From Eledone cirrhosa (Eukaryota): a stretch of DNA of 64,000 bases. Below are positions 14,700 to 30,800 of the stretch, in pieces. Below the pieces are notes generated by a model. The model saw nothing but the letters and a program-made list of their open reading frames with translations, did no database searches and had not been told where the DNA came from. The translations under genes were made by a program, and so were the position numbers. How positions within the stretch are numbered: the first letter of the stretch is position 1; each line of letters begins with the position of its first letter. Where the stretch lies: NCBI GenBank assembly GCA_964016885.1, contig OZ024749.1, forward strand, positions 19,654,001-19,718,000, read 5' to 3'.

Positions 14700-17600
14700 C
14701 ACTGTTAATGACTGTATTTACACTATCTATACACCGTTAATGACTGTATTTACACTATCTATACACCGTTAATGACTGTATTTACACTATCTATACACCG
14801 TTAATGACTGTATTTACACTATCTATACACCGTTAATGACTGTATTTACACTATCTATACACCGTTAATGACTGTATTTACACTATCTATACACCGTTAA
14901 TGACTGTATTTACACTATCTATAAACCGTTAATGACTGTATTTACACTATCTATACATTGTTAATGACTGTATTTACACTATCTATACACTGTTAATGAC
15001 TATATTTACACTATCTATACACTGTTAATAACTGTATTTACACTATCTATACACTGTTAATGACTGTATTTACACTATCTATACATTGTTAATGACTGTA
15101 TTTACACTATCTATACACTGTTAATGACTGTATTTACACTATCTATACACTGTTAATTACTGTATTTACACTATCTATACACTGTTAATGACTGTATTTA
15201 CACTATCTATACACTGTTAATGACTGTATTTACACTATCTATACACTGTTAATGACTGTATTTACACTATCTATACACCGTTAATGACTGTATTTACACT
15301 ATCTATACACTGTTAATGACTGTATTAACATTATCTATACACTGTTAATGACTGTATTTACACTATCTATACACCGTTAATGACTGTATTTACACTATCT
15401 ATACACCGTTAATGACTGTATTTACACTATCTATACACCGTTAATGACTGTATTTACACTATCTATACACTGTTAATGACTGTATTTACACTATCTATAC
15501 ACTGTTAATGACTGTATTTACACTATCTATACATTGTTAATGACTGTATTTACACTATCTATACACCATTAATGACTGTATTTACACTATCTATACACTG
15601 TTAATGACTGTATTTACACTATTTATACACTGTTAATGACTGTATTTACACTATCTATACACTGTTAATGACTGTATTTACACTATCTATACACTGTTAA
15701 TGACTGTATTTACACTATCTATACACTGTTAATGACTGTATTTACACTATCTATACACCGTTAATGACTGTATTTACACTATCTATACACTGTTAATGAC
15801 TGTATTAACATTATCTATACACTGTTAATGACTGTATTTACACTATCTATACACCGTTAATGACTGTATTTACACTATCTATACACCGTTAATGACTGTA
15901 TTTACACTATCTATACACTGTTAATGACTGTATTTACACTATCTATACACCGTTAATGACTGTATTTACACTATCTATACACTGTTAATGACTGTCTTAA
16001 CATTATCTATACACTGTTAATGACTGTATTTACACTATCTAGACATTGTTAATGACTGTATTTACACTATCTATACACTGTTAATGACTGTACTTACACT
16101 ATCTATACACTGTTAATGACTGTATTTACACTATCTATACACTGTTAATGACTGTATTTACACTATCTATACACTGTTAATGACTGTATATACTCTATCT
16201 ATACACCGTTAATGACTGTATTTACACTATCTATACACTGTTAATGACTGTATTTACACTATCTATACACCGTTAATGACTGTATTTACACTATCTATAC
16301 ACTGTTAATGACTGTATTTACACAATCTATACACCGTTAATGACTGTAATTACACTATCTATACATTGTTAATGACTGTATTTACACTATCTATACACTG
16401 TTAATGACTGTATTTACACTATCTATACACCGTTAATGACTGTATTTACACTATCTATACACTGTTAATGACTGTATTTACACTATCTATACACTGTTAA
16501 TGACTGTATTTACACTATCTATACACTGTTAATAACTGTATTTACACTATCTATACACTGTTAATAACTGTATTTACACTATCTATACACTGTTAATGAC
16601 TGTAATTACACTATCTATACATTGTTAATGACTGTATTTACACTATCTATACACTGTTAATGTCTGTATTTACACTATTTATACACTGTTAATAACTGTA
16701 TTTACACTATCTATACACTGTTAATGACTGTATTTACACTATCTATACACTGTTAATGACTGTATTTACACTATCTATACACTGTTAATGACTGTATTTA
16801 CACTATCTATACACTGTTAATGACTGTATTTACATTATCTATACACTGTTAATGACTGTATTTACACTATCTATACACTGTTAATGACTGTATTTACACT
16901 ATCTATACATTGTTAATGACTGTATTTACACTATCTATACACTGTTAATGACTGTATTACCATTATCTATACACTGTTAATGACTGTATTTACACTATCT
17001 ATACACCGTTAATGATTGTATTTACACTATCTATACACCGTTAATGACTGTATTTACACTATCTATACACCGTTTATGACTATTTACACTATCTATACAC
17101 TGTTAATGACTGTATTTACACTATCTATACACTGTTAATGACTGTATTTACACTATCTATACACTGTTAATGACTGTATTTACACTATCTATACACTGTT
17201 AATGACTGTATTTACACTATCTATACACTGTTAATGACTGTACTTACACTATCTATACACTGTTAATGACTGTATTTACACTATCTATACACTGTTAATG
17301 ACTGTATTTACACTATCTATACACTGTTAATGACTGTATATACACTATCTATACACCGTTAATGACTGTATTTACACTATCTATACACTGTTAATGACTG
17401 TATTTACACTATCTATACACCGTTAATGACTGTATTTACACTATCTATACACCGTTAATGACTGTATTTACACTATCTATACACCGTTAATGACTGTATT
17501 TACACTATCTATACACCGTTAATGACTGTATTTACACTATCTATACACCGTTAATGACTGTATTTACACTATCTATACACTGTTAATGACTGTATTTACA

Positions 17601-19720
17601 CTATCTATACACTGTTAATGACTGTATTTACACTATCTATACACCGTTAATGACTGTATTTACACTATCTATACACCGTTAATGACTGTATTTACACTAT
17701 CTATACACCGTTAATGACTGTATTTACACTATCTATACACCGTTAATGACTGTATTTACACTATCTATACACCGTTAATGACTGTATTTACACTATCTAT
17801 ACACCGTTAATGACTGTATTTACACTATCTATAAACCGTTAATGACTGTATTTACACTATCTATACATTGTTAATGACTGTATTTACACTATCTATACAC
17901 TGTTAATGACTATATTTACACTATCTATACACTGTTAATAACTGTATTTACACTATCTATACACTGTTAATGACTGTATTTACACTATCTATACATTGTT
18001 AATGACTGTATTTACACTATCTATACACTGTTAATGACTGTATTTACACTATCTATACACTGTTAATGACTGTATTTACACTATCTATACACTGTTAATG
18101 ACTGTATTTACACTATCTATACACTGTTAATGACTGTATTTACACTATCTATACACTGTTAATGACTGTATTTACACTATCTATACACCGTTAATGACTG
18201 TATTTACACTATCTATACACCGTTAATGACTGTATTTACACTATCTATACACTGTTAATGACTGTATTTATACTATCTATACACTGTTAATGACTGTATT
18301 TACACTATCTATACATTGTTAATGACTGTATTTACACTATCTATACACCATTAATGACTGTATTTACACTATCTATACACTGTTAATGACTGTATTTACA
18401 CTATTTATACACTGTTAATGACTGTATTTACACTATCTATACACTGTTAATGACTGTATTTACACTATCTATACACTGTTAATGACTGTATTTACACTAT
18501 CTATACACTGTTAATGACTGTATTTACACTATCTATACACCGTTAATGACTGTATTTACACTATCTATACGCTGTTAATGACTGTATTAACATTATCTAT
18601 ACACTGTTAATGACTGTATTTACACTATCTATACACCGTTAATGACTGTATTTACACTATCTATACACCGTTAATGACTGTATTTACACTATCTATACAC
18701 TGTTAATGACTGTATTTACACTATCTATACACCGTTAATGACTGTATTTACACTATCTATACACTGTTAATGACTGTCTTAACATTATCTATACACTGTT
18801 AATGACTGTATTTACACTATCTAGACATTGTTAATGACTGTATTTACACTATCTATACACTGTTAATGACTGTACTTACACTATCTATACACTGTTAATG
18901 ACTGTATTTACACTATCTATACACTGTTAATGACTGTATTTACACTATCTATACACTGTTAATGACTGTATATACTCTATCTATACACCGTTAATGACTG
19001 TATTTACACTATCTATACACTGTTAATGACTGTATTTACACTATCTATACACCGTTAATGACTGTATTTACACTATCTATACACTGTTAATGACTGTATT
19101 TACACAATCTATACACCGTTAATGACTGTAATTACACTATCTATACATTGTTAATGACTGTATTTACACTATCTATACACTGTTAATGACTGTATTTACA
19201 CTATCTATACACCGTTAATGACTGTATTTACACTATCTATACACTGTTAATGACTGTATTTACACTATCTATACACTGTTAATGACTGTATTTACACTAT
19301 CTATACACTGTTAATAACTGTATTTACACTATCTATACACTGTTAATAACTGTATTTACACTATCTATACACTGTTAATGACTGTATTTACACTATCTAT
19401 ACATTGTTAATGACTGTATTTACACTATCTATACACTGTTAATGTCTGTATTTACACTATTTATACACTGTTAATAACTGTATTTACACTATCTATACAC
19501 TGTTAATGACTGTATTTACACTATCTATACACTGTTAATGACTGTATTTACACTATCTATACACTGTTAATGACTGTATTTACACTATCTATACACTGTT
19601 AATGACTGTATTTACATTATCTATACACTGTTAATGACTGTATTTACACTATCTATACACTGTTAATGACTGTATTTACACTATCTATACATTGTTAATG
19701 ACTGTATTTACACTATCTAT
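14700..19720. repeat. Block duplication, offset about 2782 bp (87 monomers -2): about 14700-16940 related to about 17600-19720
   Basis: CTAGAC (16042/18824), TATACTCTAT, CACAATC..GTAATT and CACCATTAAT occur in the same order. The offset is larger at the 5' end, where copies differ by several monomers. Confidence 0.82.
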
Positions 19721-22700
19721 ACACTGTTAATGACTGTATTTACACTATCTATACACTGTTAATGACTGTATTTACACTATCTATACACCGTTAATGACTG
19801 TATTTACATTATCTATACACTGTTAATGACTGTATTTACACTATCTATACACCGTTAATGACTGTATTTACATTATCTATACACTGTTAATGACTGTATT
19901 TACACTATCTATATACTGTAAATAACTGTATTTACACTATCTATACATTGTTAATAACTGTAATTACACTATCTATACACTGTTAATGACTGTATTTACA
20001 CTATCTATGCACTGTTAATGACTGTATTTACACTATCTATACACTGTTAATGACTGTATTTACACTATCTATACATTGTTAATGACTGTATTTACACTAT
20101 CTATACACTGTTAATAACTGTATTTACACTATCTATACACTGTTAATGACTGTATTTACACTATCTATACATTGTTAATGACTGTATTTACACTATCTAT
20201 ACATTGTTAATGACTGTATTTACACTATCTATACACTGTTAATGACTGTATTTACACTATCTATACACTGTTAATGACTGTATTTACACTATCTATACAT
20301 TGTTAATGACTGTATTTACACTATCTATACACTGTTAATGACTGTATTTACACTATCTATACACTGTTAATGACTGTATTTACACTATCTATACACCGTT
20401 AATGACTGTATTTACGCTATCTATACACTGTTAATGACTGTATTAACATTATCTATACACTGTTAATGACTGTATTTACACTATCTATACACTGTTAATG
20501 ACTGTCTTTACACTATCTATACACTGTTAATGACTGTATTTACACAATCTATACATTGTTAATGACTGTATTTACACTATCTATACACTGTTAATGACTG
20601 TATTTACACTATCTATACACTGTTAATGACTGTATTTACACTATCTATACACTGTTAATGACTGTATTTACACTATCTATACACTGTTAATGACTGTATT
20701 TACACTATCTATACACTGTTAATGACTGTATTTACACTATCTATACACTGTTAATGACTGTATTTACACTATCTATACACTGTTAATGACTGTATTTACA
20801 CTAACTATACACTGTTAATGACTGTATTTACACTATCTATACACTGTTAATAACTGTATTTACACTATCTATACATTGTTAATAACTGTATTTACACTAT
20901 CTATACACTGTTAATGACTGTATTTACACTATCTATACACTGTTAATGACTGTATTTACACTATCTATACACCGTTAATGACTGTATTTACACTATCTAT
21001 ACACTGTTAATGACTGTATTTACACAATCTATACACCGTTAATGACTGTAATTACACTATCTATACATTGTTAATGACTGTATTTACACTATCTATACAC
21101 TGTTAATGACTGTATTTACACTATCTATACACCGTTAATGACTGTATTTACACTATCTATACACTGTTAATGACTGTATTTACACTATCTATACACTGTT
21201 AATGACTGTATTTACACTATCTATACACTGTTAATAACTGTATTTACACTATCTATACACTGTTAATAACTGTATTTACACTATCTATACACTGTTAATG
21301 ACTGTAATTACACTATCTATACATTGTTAATGACTGTATTTACACTATCTATACACTGTTAATGTCTGTATTTACACTATTTATACACTGTTAATAACTG
21401 TATTTACACTATCTATACACTGTTAATGACTGTATTTACACTATCTATACACTGTTAATGACTGTATTTACACTATCTATACACTGTTAATGACTGTATT
21501 TACACTATCTATACACTGTTAATGACTGTATTTACATTATCTATACACTGTTAATGACTGTATTTACACTATCTATACACTGTTAATGACTGTATTTACA
21601 CTATCTATACATTGTTAATGACTGTATTTACACTATCTATACACTGTTAATGACTGTATTAACATTATCTATACACTGTTAATGACTGTATTTACACTAT
21701 CTATACACCGTTAATGATTGTATTTACACTATCTATACACCGTTAATGACTGTATTTACACTATCTATACACCGTTTATGACTATTTACACTATCTATAC
21801 ACTGTTAATGACTGTATTTACACTATCTATACACCGTTAATGACTGTATTTACACTATCTATACACTGTTAATGACTGTCTTAACATTATCTATACACTG
21901 TTAATGACTGTATTTACACTATCTATACATTGTTAATGACTGTATTTACACTATCTATACACTGTAAATGACTGTATTTACACTATCTATACACTGTTAA
22001 TGACTGTACTTACACTATCTATACACTGTTAATGACTGTATTTACACTATCTATACACTGTTAATGACTGTATTTACACTATCTATACACTGTTAATGAC
22101 TGTATATACACTATCTATACACCGTTAATGACTGTATTTACACTATCTATACACTGTTAATGACTGTATTTACACTATCTATACACCGTTAATGACTGTA
22201 TTTACACTATCTATACACCGTTAATGACTGTATTTACACTATCTATACACCGTTAATGACTGTATTTACACTATCTATACACCGTTAATGACTGTATTTA
22301 CACTATCTATACACCGTTAATGACTGTATTTACACTATCTATACACTGTTAATGACTGTATTTACACTATCTATACACTGTTAATGACTGTATTTACACT
22401 ATCTATACACCGTTAATGACTGTATTTACACTATCTATACACCGTTAATGACTGTATTTACACTATCTATACACCGTTAATGACTGTATTTACACTATCT
22501 ATACACCGTTAATGACTGTATTTACACTATCTATACACCGTTAATGACTGTATTTACACTATCTATACACCGTTAATGACTGTATTTACACTATCTATAA
22601 ACCGTTAATGACTGTATTTACACTATCTATACATTGTTAATGACTGTATTTACACTATCTATACACTGTTAATGACTATATTTACACTATCTATACACTG

Positions 22701-25700
22701 TTAATAACTGTATTTACACTATCTATACACTGTTAATGACTGTATTTACACTATCTATACATTGTTAATGACTCTATTTACACTATCTATACACTGTTAA
22801 TGACTGTATTTACACTATCTATACACTGTTAATGACTGTATTTACACTATCTATACACTGTTAATGACTGTATTTACACTATCTATACACTGTTAATGAC
22901 TGTATTTACACTATCTATACACTGTTAATGACTGTATTTACACTATCTATACACCGTTAATGACTGTATTTACACTATCTATACACCGTTAATGACTGTA
23001 TTTACACTATCTATACACTGTTAATGACTGTATTTATACTATCTATACACTGTTAATGACTGTATTTACACTATCTATACATTGTTAATGACTGTATTTA
23101 CACTATCTATACACCATTAATGACTGTATTTACACTATCTATACACTGTTAATGACTGTATTTACACTATTTATACACTGTTAATGACTGTATTTACACT
23201 ATCTATACACTGTTAATGACTGTATTTACACTATCTATACACTGTTAATGACTGTATTTACACTATCTATACACTGTTAATGACTGTATTTACACTATCT
23301 ATACACCGTTAATGACTGTATTTACACTATCTATACGCTGTTAATGACTGTATTAACATTATCTATACACTGTTAATGACTGTATTTACACTATCTATAC
23401 ACCGTTAATGACTGTATTTACACTATCTATACACCGTTAATGACTGTATTTACACTATCTATACACTGTTAATGACTGTATTTACACTATCTATACACCG
23501 TTAATGACTGTATTTACACTATCTATACACTGTTAATGACTGTCTTAACATTATCTATACACTGTTAATGACTGTATTTACACTATCTAGACATTGTTAA
23601 TGACTGTATTTACACTATCTATACACTGTTAATGACTGTACTTACACTATCTATACACTGTTAATGACTGTATTTACACTATCTATACACTGTTAATGAC
23701 TGTATTTACACTATCTATACACTGTTAATGACTGTATATACTCTATCTATACACCGTTAATGACTGTATTTACACTATCTATACACTGTTAATGACTGTA
23801 TTTACACTATCTATACACCGTTAATGACTGTATTTACACTATCTATACACTGTTAATGACTGTATTTACACAATCTATACACCGTTAATGACTGTAATTA
23901 CACTATCTATACATTGTTAATGACTGTATTTACACTATCTATACACTGTTAATGACTGTATTTACACTATCTATACACCGTTAATGACTGTATTTACACT
24001 ATCTATACACTGTTAATGACTGTATTTACACTATCTATACACTGTTAATGACTGTATTTACACTATCTATACACTGTTAATAACTGTATTTACACTATCT
24101 ATACACTGTTAATAACTGTATTTACACTATCTATACACTGTTAATGACTGTATTTACACTATCTATACATTGTTAATGACTGTATTTACACTATCTATAC
24201 ACTGTTAATGTCTGTATTTACACTATTTATACACTGTTAATAACTGTATTTACACTATCTATACACTGTTAATGACTGTATTTACACTATCTATACACTG
24301 TTAATGACTGTATTTACACTATCTATACACTGTTAATGACTGTATTTACACTATCTATACACTGTTAATGACTGTATTTACATTATCTATACACTTTTAA
24401 TGACTGTATTTACACTATCTATACACTGTTAATGACTGTATTTACACTATCTATACATTGTTAATGACTGTATTTACACTATCTATACACTGTTAATGAC
24501 TGTATTTACACTATCTATACACTGTTAATGACTGTATTTACACTATCTATACACCGTTAATGACTGTATTTACATTATCTATACACTGTTAATGACTGTA
24601 TTTACACTATCTATACACCGTTAATGACTGTATTTACATTATCTATACACTGTTAATGACTGTATTTACACTATCTATATACTGTAAATAACTGTATTTA
24701 CACTATCTATACATTGTTAATAACTGTAATTACACTATCTATACACTGTTAATGACTGTATTTACACTATCTATGCACTGTTAATGACTGTATTTACACT
24801 ATCTATACACTGTTAATGACTGTATTTACACTATCTATACATTGTTAATGACTGTATTTACACTATCTATACACTGTTAATAACTGTATTTACACTATCT
24901 ATACACTGTTAATGACTGTATTTACACTATCTATACATTGTTAATGACTGTATTTACACTATCTATACATTGTTAATGACTGTATTTACACTATCTATAC
25001 ACTGTTAATGACTGTATTTACACTATCTATACATTGTTAATGACTGTATTTACACTATCTATACACTGTTAATGACTGTATTTACACTATCTATACACTG
25101 CTAATGACTGTATTTACACTATCTATACACCGTTAATGACTGTATTTACGCTATCTATACACTGTTAATGACTGTATTAACATTATCTATACACTGTTAA
25201 TGACTGTATTTACACTATCTATACACTGTTAATGACTGTCTTTACACTATCTATACACTGTTAATGACTGTATTTACACAATCTATACATTGTTAATGAC
25301 TGTATTTACACTATCTATACACTGTTAATGACTGTATTTACACTATCTATACACTGTTAATGACTGTATTTACACTATCTATACACTGTTAATGACTGTA
25401 TTTACACTATCTATACACTGTTAATGACTGTATTTACACTATCTATACACTGTTAATGACTGTATTTACACTATCTATACACTGTTAATGACTGTATTTA
25501 CACTATCTATACACTGTTAATGACTGTATTTACACTAACTATACACTGTTAATGACTGTATTTACACTATCTATACACTGTTAATAACTGTATTTACACT
25601 ATCTATACATTGTTAATAACTGTATTTACACTATCTATACACTGTTAATGACTGTATTTACACTATCTATACACTGTTAATGACTGTATTTACACTATCT
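17200..25700. repeat. Block duplication, offset 4766 bp (149 monomers -2; 4734 after loss of one monomer): about 17200-20930 repeated at about 21970-25670
   Basis: CTAGACATTG (18824/23590), TATGCACTG (20009/24775), ACTAACT (20804/25538), with TACGCTGTT and TTTATACT at matching offsets. Confidence 0.88.
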
Positions 25701-27839
25701 ATACACTGTTAATAACTGTATTTACACTATCTATACATTGTTAATAACTGTATTTACACTATTTATACATTGTTAATGACTGTATTTACACTATCTATAC
25801 ACTGTTAATGACTGTATTTACACTATCTATACACTGTAAATAACTGTATTTACACTATCTATACATTGTTAATAACTGTATTTACACTATCTATACACTG
25901 TTAATGTCTGTATTTACACTATCTATTCACTGTTAATGACTGTATTTACACTATCTATACACCGTTAATGACTGTATTTACACTATCTATACACTGTTAA
26001 TGACTGTATTAACATTATCTATACACTGTTAATGACTGTATTTACACTATCTATACATTGTTAATGACTGTATTTACACTATCTATACACTGTTAATGAC
26101 TGTATTTACACTATCTATACACCGTTAATGACTGTATTTACACTATCTATACACTGTTAATGACTGTATTAACATTATCTATACACTGTTAATGACTGTA
26201 TTTACACTATCTATACATTGTTAATGACTGTATTTACACTATCTATACACTGTTAATGACTGTATTTACACTATCTATACATTGTTAATGACTGTATTTA
26301 CACTATCTATACACTGTTAATGACTGTATTTACACTATCTATACACTGTTAATGACTGTATTTACACTATCTATACACTGTTAATGACTGTATTTACACT
26401 ATCTATACACTGTTAATGACTGTATTTACACTATCTATACACTGTTAATGACTGTATTTACACTATCTATACACTGTTAATGACTGTATTTACACTATCT
26501 ATACACTGTTAATGACTGTATTTACACTATCTATACACTGTTAATGACTGTATTTACACTATCTATACATTGTTAATGACTGTATTTACACTATCTATAC
26601 ACCGTTAATGACTGTATTTACACTATCTATACACTGTTAATGACTGTATTTAGACTATTTATACACTGTTAATGCCTGTATTTACACTATCTATACACTG
26701 TTAATGACTGTATTTACACTATCTATACACTGTTAATGACTGTATTTACACTATCTATACACTGTTAATGACTGTATTTACACTATCTATACACTGTTAA
26801 TGACTGTATTTACACTATCTATACACCGTTAATGACTGTATTTACACTATCTATACACTGTTAATGACTGTATTAACATTATCTATACACTGTTAATGAC
26901 TGTATTTACACTATCTATACACCGTTAATGACTGTATTTACACTATCTATACACTGTTAATGACTGTATTTACACTATCTATACACCGTTAATGACTGTA
27001 TTTACACTATCTATACACTGTTAATAACTGTATTTACACTATCTATACACTGTTATTGACTGTATTTACACCATCTATACATTGTTAATGACTGTATTTA
27101 CACTATCTATACACCGTTAATGACTGTATTTACATTATCTATACACTGTTAATGACTGTATTTATCCTATCTATACACCGTTAATGACTGTATTTACATT
27201 ATCTATACACTGTTAATGACTGTATTTACACTATCTATACACTGTTAATGACTGCATTTACACTATCTATACACCGTTAATGACTGTATTTACACTATCT
27301 ATACACTGTTAATAACTGTATTTACACTATCTATACACTGTTAATGACTGTATTTACACTATTTATATACTGTTAATAACTGTATTTACACTATCTATAC
27401 ACTGTTAATGACTGTATTTACACTATCTATACACTGTTAATGACTGTATTTACACTATCTATACACTGTTAATAACTGTATTTACACTATCTATACATTG
27501 TTAATGACTGTATTTACACTATCTATACACTGTTAATGACTGTATTTACACTATCTATACACTGTTAATGACTGTATTTACACTATCTATACACTGTTAA
27601 TAACTGTATTTACACTATCTATACACTGTTAATAACTGTATTTACACTATCTATACACTGTTAATGACTGTATTTACACTATCTATACATTGTTAATGAC
27701 TGTATTTACACTATCTATACACTGTTAATGTCTGTATTTGCACTATTTATACACTGTTAATGACTGTATTTACACTATCTATACATTGTTAATGACTGTA
27801 TTTACACTATCTATACACTGTTAATGACTGTATTTACAC

Positions 27840-30800
27840 TATTTATATACTGTTAATAACTGCATTTACACTATCTATACACTGTTAATGACTGTATTTA
27901 CACTATCTATACACTGTTAATGACTGTATTTACACTATCTATACACTGTTAATAACTGTATTTACACTATCTATACATTGTTAATGACTGTATTTACACT
28001 ATCTATACACTGTTAATGACTGTATTTACACTATCTATACACTGTTAATGACTGTATTTACACTATCTATACACTGTTAATAACTGTATTTACACTATCT
28101 ATACACTGTTAATAACTGTATTTACACTATCTATACACTGTTAATGACTGTATTTACACTATCTATACATTGTTAATGACTGTATTTACACTATCTATAC
28201 ACTGTTAATGTCTGTATTTACACTATTTATACACTGTTAATAACTGTATTTACACTATCTATACACTGTTAATGACTGTATTTACACTATCTATATACTG
28301 TTAATGACTGTATTTACACTATCTATACACTGTTAATGACTGTATTTACACTATCTATACACTGTTAATGACTGTATTTACACTATCTATACACTGTTAA
28401 TGACTGTATTTACACTATCTATACACTGTTAATGACTGTATATACACTATCTATACACTGTTAATGACTGTATTTACACTATCTATACACCGTTAATGAC
28501 TGTATTTACACTATCTATACACCATTAATGACTGTATTTACACTATCTATAAACCGTGAATGACTGTATTTACACTATCTATACATTGTTAATGACTGTA
28601 TTTACACTATCTATACACTGTTAATGACTATATTTACACTATCTATACACTGTTAATAACTGTATTTACACTATCTATACACTGTTAATGACTGTATTTA
28701 CACTATCTATACATTGTTAATGACTGTATTTACGCTATCTATACACTGTTAATGACTGTATTTACACTATCTATACACTGTTAATGACTGTATTAACATT
28801 ATCTATACACTGTTAATGACTGTATTTACACTATCTATACACCGTTAATGACTGTATTTACACTATCTATACACCGTTAATGACTGTATCTACACTATGT
28901 ATACACTGTTAATGACTGTATTTACACTAACTATACACCGTTAATGACTGTATTTACACTATCTATACACTGTTAATGACTGTCTTAACATTATCTATAC
29001 ACTGTTAATGACTGTATTTACACTATCTATACATTGTTAATGACTGTATTTACACTATCTATACACTGTTAATGACTGTATTTACACTATCTATACACTG
29101 TTAATGACTGTACTTACACTATCTATACACTGTTAATGACTGTATTTACACTATCTATACACTGTTAATGACTGTATTTACACTATCTATACACTGTTAA
29201 TGACTGTATTTACACTATCTATACATTGTTAATGACTGTATTTACACTATCTATACACTGTTAATGTCTGTATTTACACTATTTATACACTGTTAATGAC
29301 TGTATTTACACTATCTATACATTGTTAATGACTGTATTTACACTATCTATACACTGTTAATGACTGTATTTACACTATCTATACACTGTTAATGACTGTA
29401 TTTACACTATCTATACACTGTTAATGACTGTATATACACTATCTATACACTGTTAATGACTGTATTTACACTATCTATACACCGTTAATGACTGTATTTA
29501 CACTATCTATACACCGTTAATGACTGTATTTACACTATCTATACACCGTCAATGACTGTATTTACACTATCTATACACCGTTAATGACTGTATTTACACT
29601 ATCTATACACCGTTAATGACTGTATTTACACTATCTATACACCATTAATGACTGTATTTACACTATCTATAAACCGTGAATGACTGTATTTACACTATCT
29701 ATACATTGTTAATGACTGTATTTACACTATCTATACACTGTTAATGACTATATTTACACTATCTATACACTGTTAATAACTGTATTTACACTATCTATAC
29801 ACTGTTAATGACTGTATTTACACTATCTATACATTGTTAATGACTGTATTTACGCTATCTATACACTGTTAATGACTGTATTTACACTATCTATACACTG
29901 TTAATGACTGTATTAACATTATCTATACACTGTTAATGACTGTATTTACACTATCTATACACCGTTAATGACTGTATTTACACTATCTATACACCGTTAA
30001 TGACTGTATCTACACTATGTATACACTGTTAATGACTGTATTTACACTAACTATACACCGTTAATGACTGTATTTACACTATCTATACACTGTTAATGAC
30101 TGTCTTAACATTATCTATACACTGTTAATGACTGTATTTACACTATCTATACATTGTTAATGACTGTATTTACACTATCTATACACTGTTAATGACTGTA
30201 TTTACACTATCTATACACTGTTAATGACTGTACTTACACTATCTATACACTGTTAATGACTGTATTTACACTATCTATACACTGTTAATGACTGTATTTA
30301 CACTATCTATACACTGTTAATGACTGTATATACACTATCTATACACCGTTAATGACTGTATTTACACTATCTATGCACCGTTAATGACTGTATTTACACT
30401 ATCTATACACTGTTAATGACTGTATTTACACTATCTATACACCTTTAATGACTGTATTTACACTATCTATACACTGTTAATGACTGTATTTACACTATCT
30501 ATACACCGTTAATGACTGTATTTACACTATCTATACACCGTTAATGACTGTATTTACACTATCTATACACTGTTAATGACTGTATTTACACTATCTATAC
30601 ACTGTTAATGACTGTATTTACACTATCTATACACTGTTAATGACTGTATTTACACTATCTATACACTGTTAATGACTGTATTTACACTATCTATACACTG
30701 TTAATGACTGTATTTACACTATCTATACATTGTTAATGACTGTATTTACACTATCTATACACCGTTAATGACTGTATTTACACTATCTATACACTGTTAA

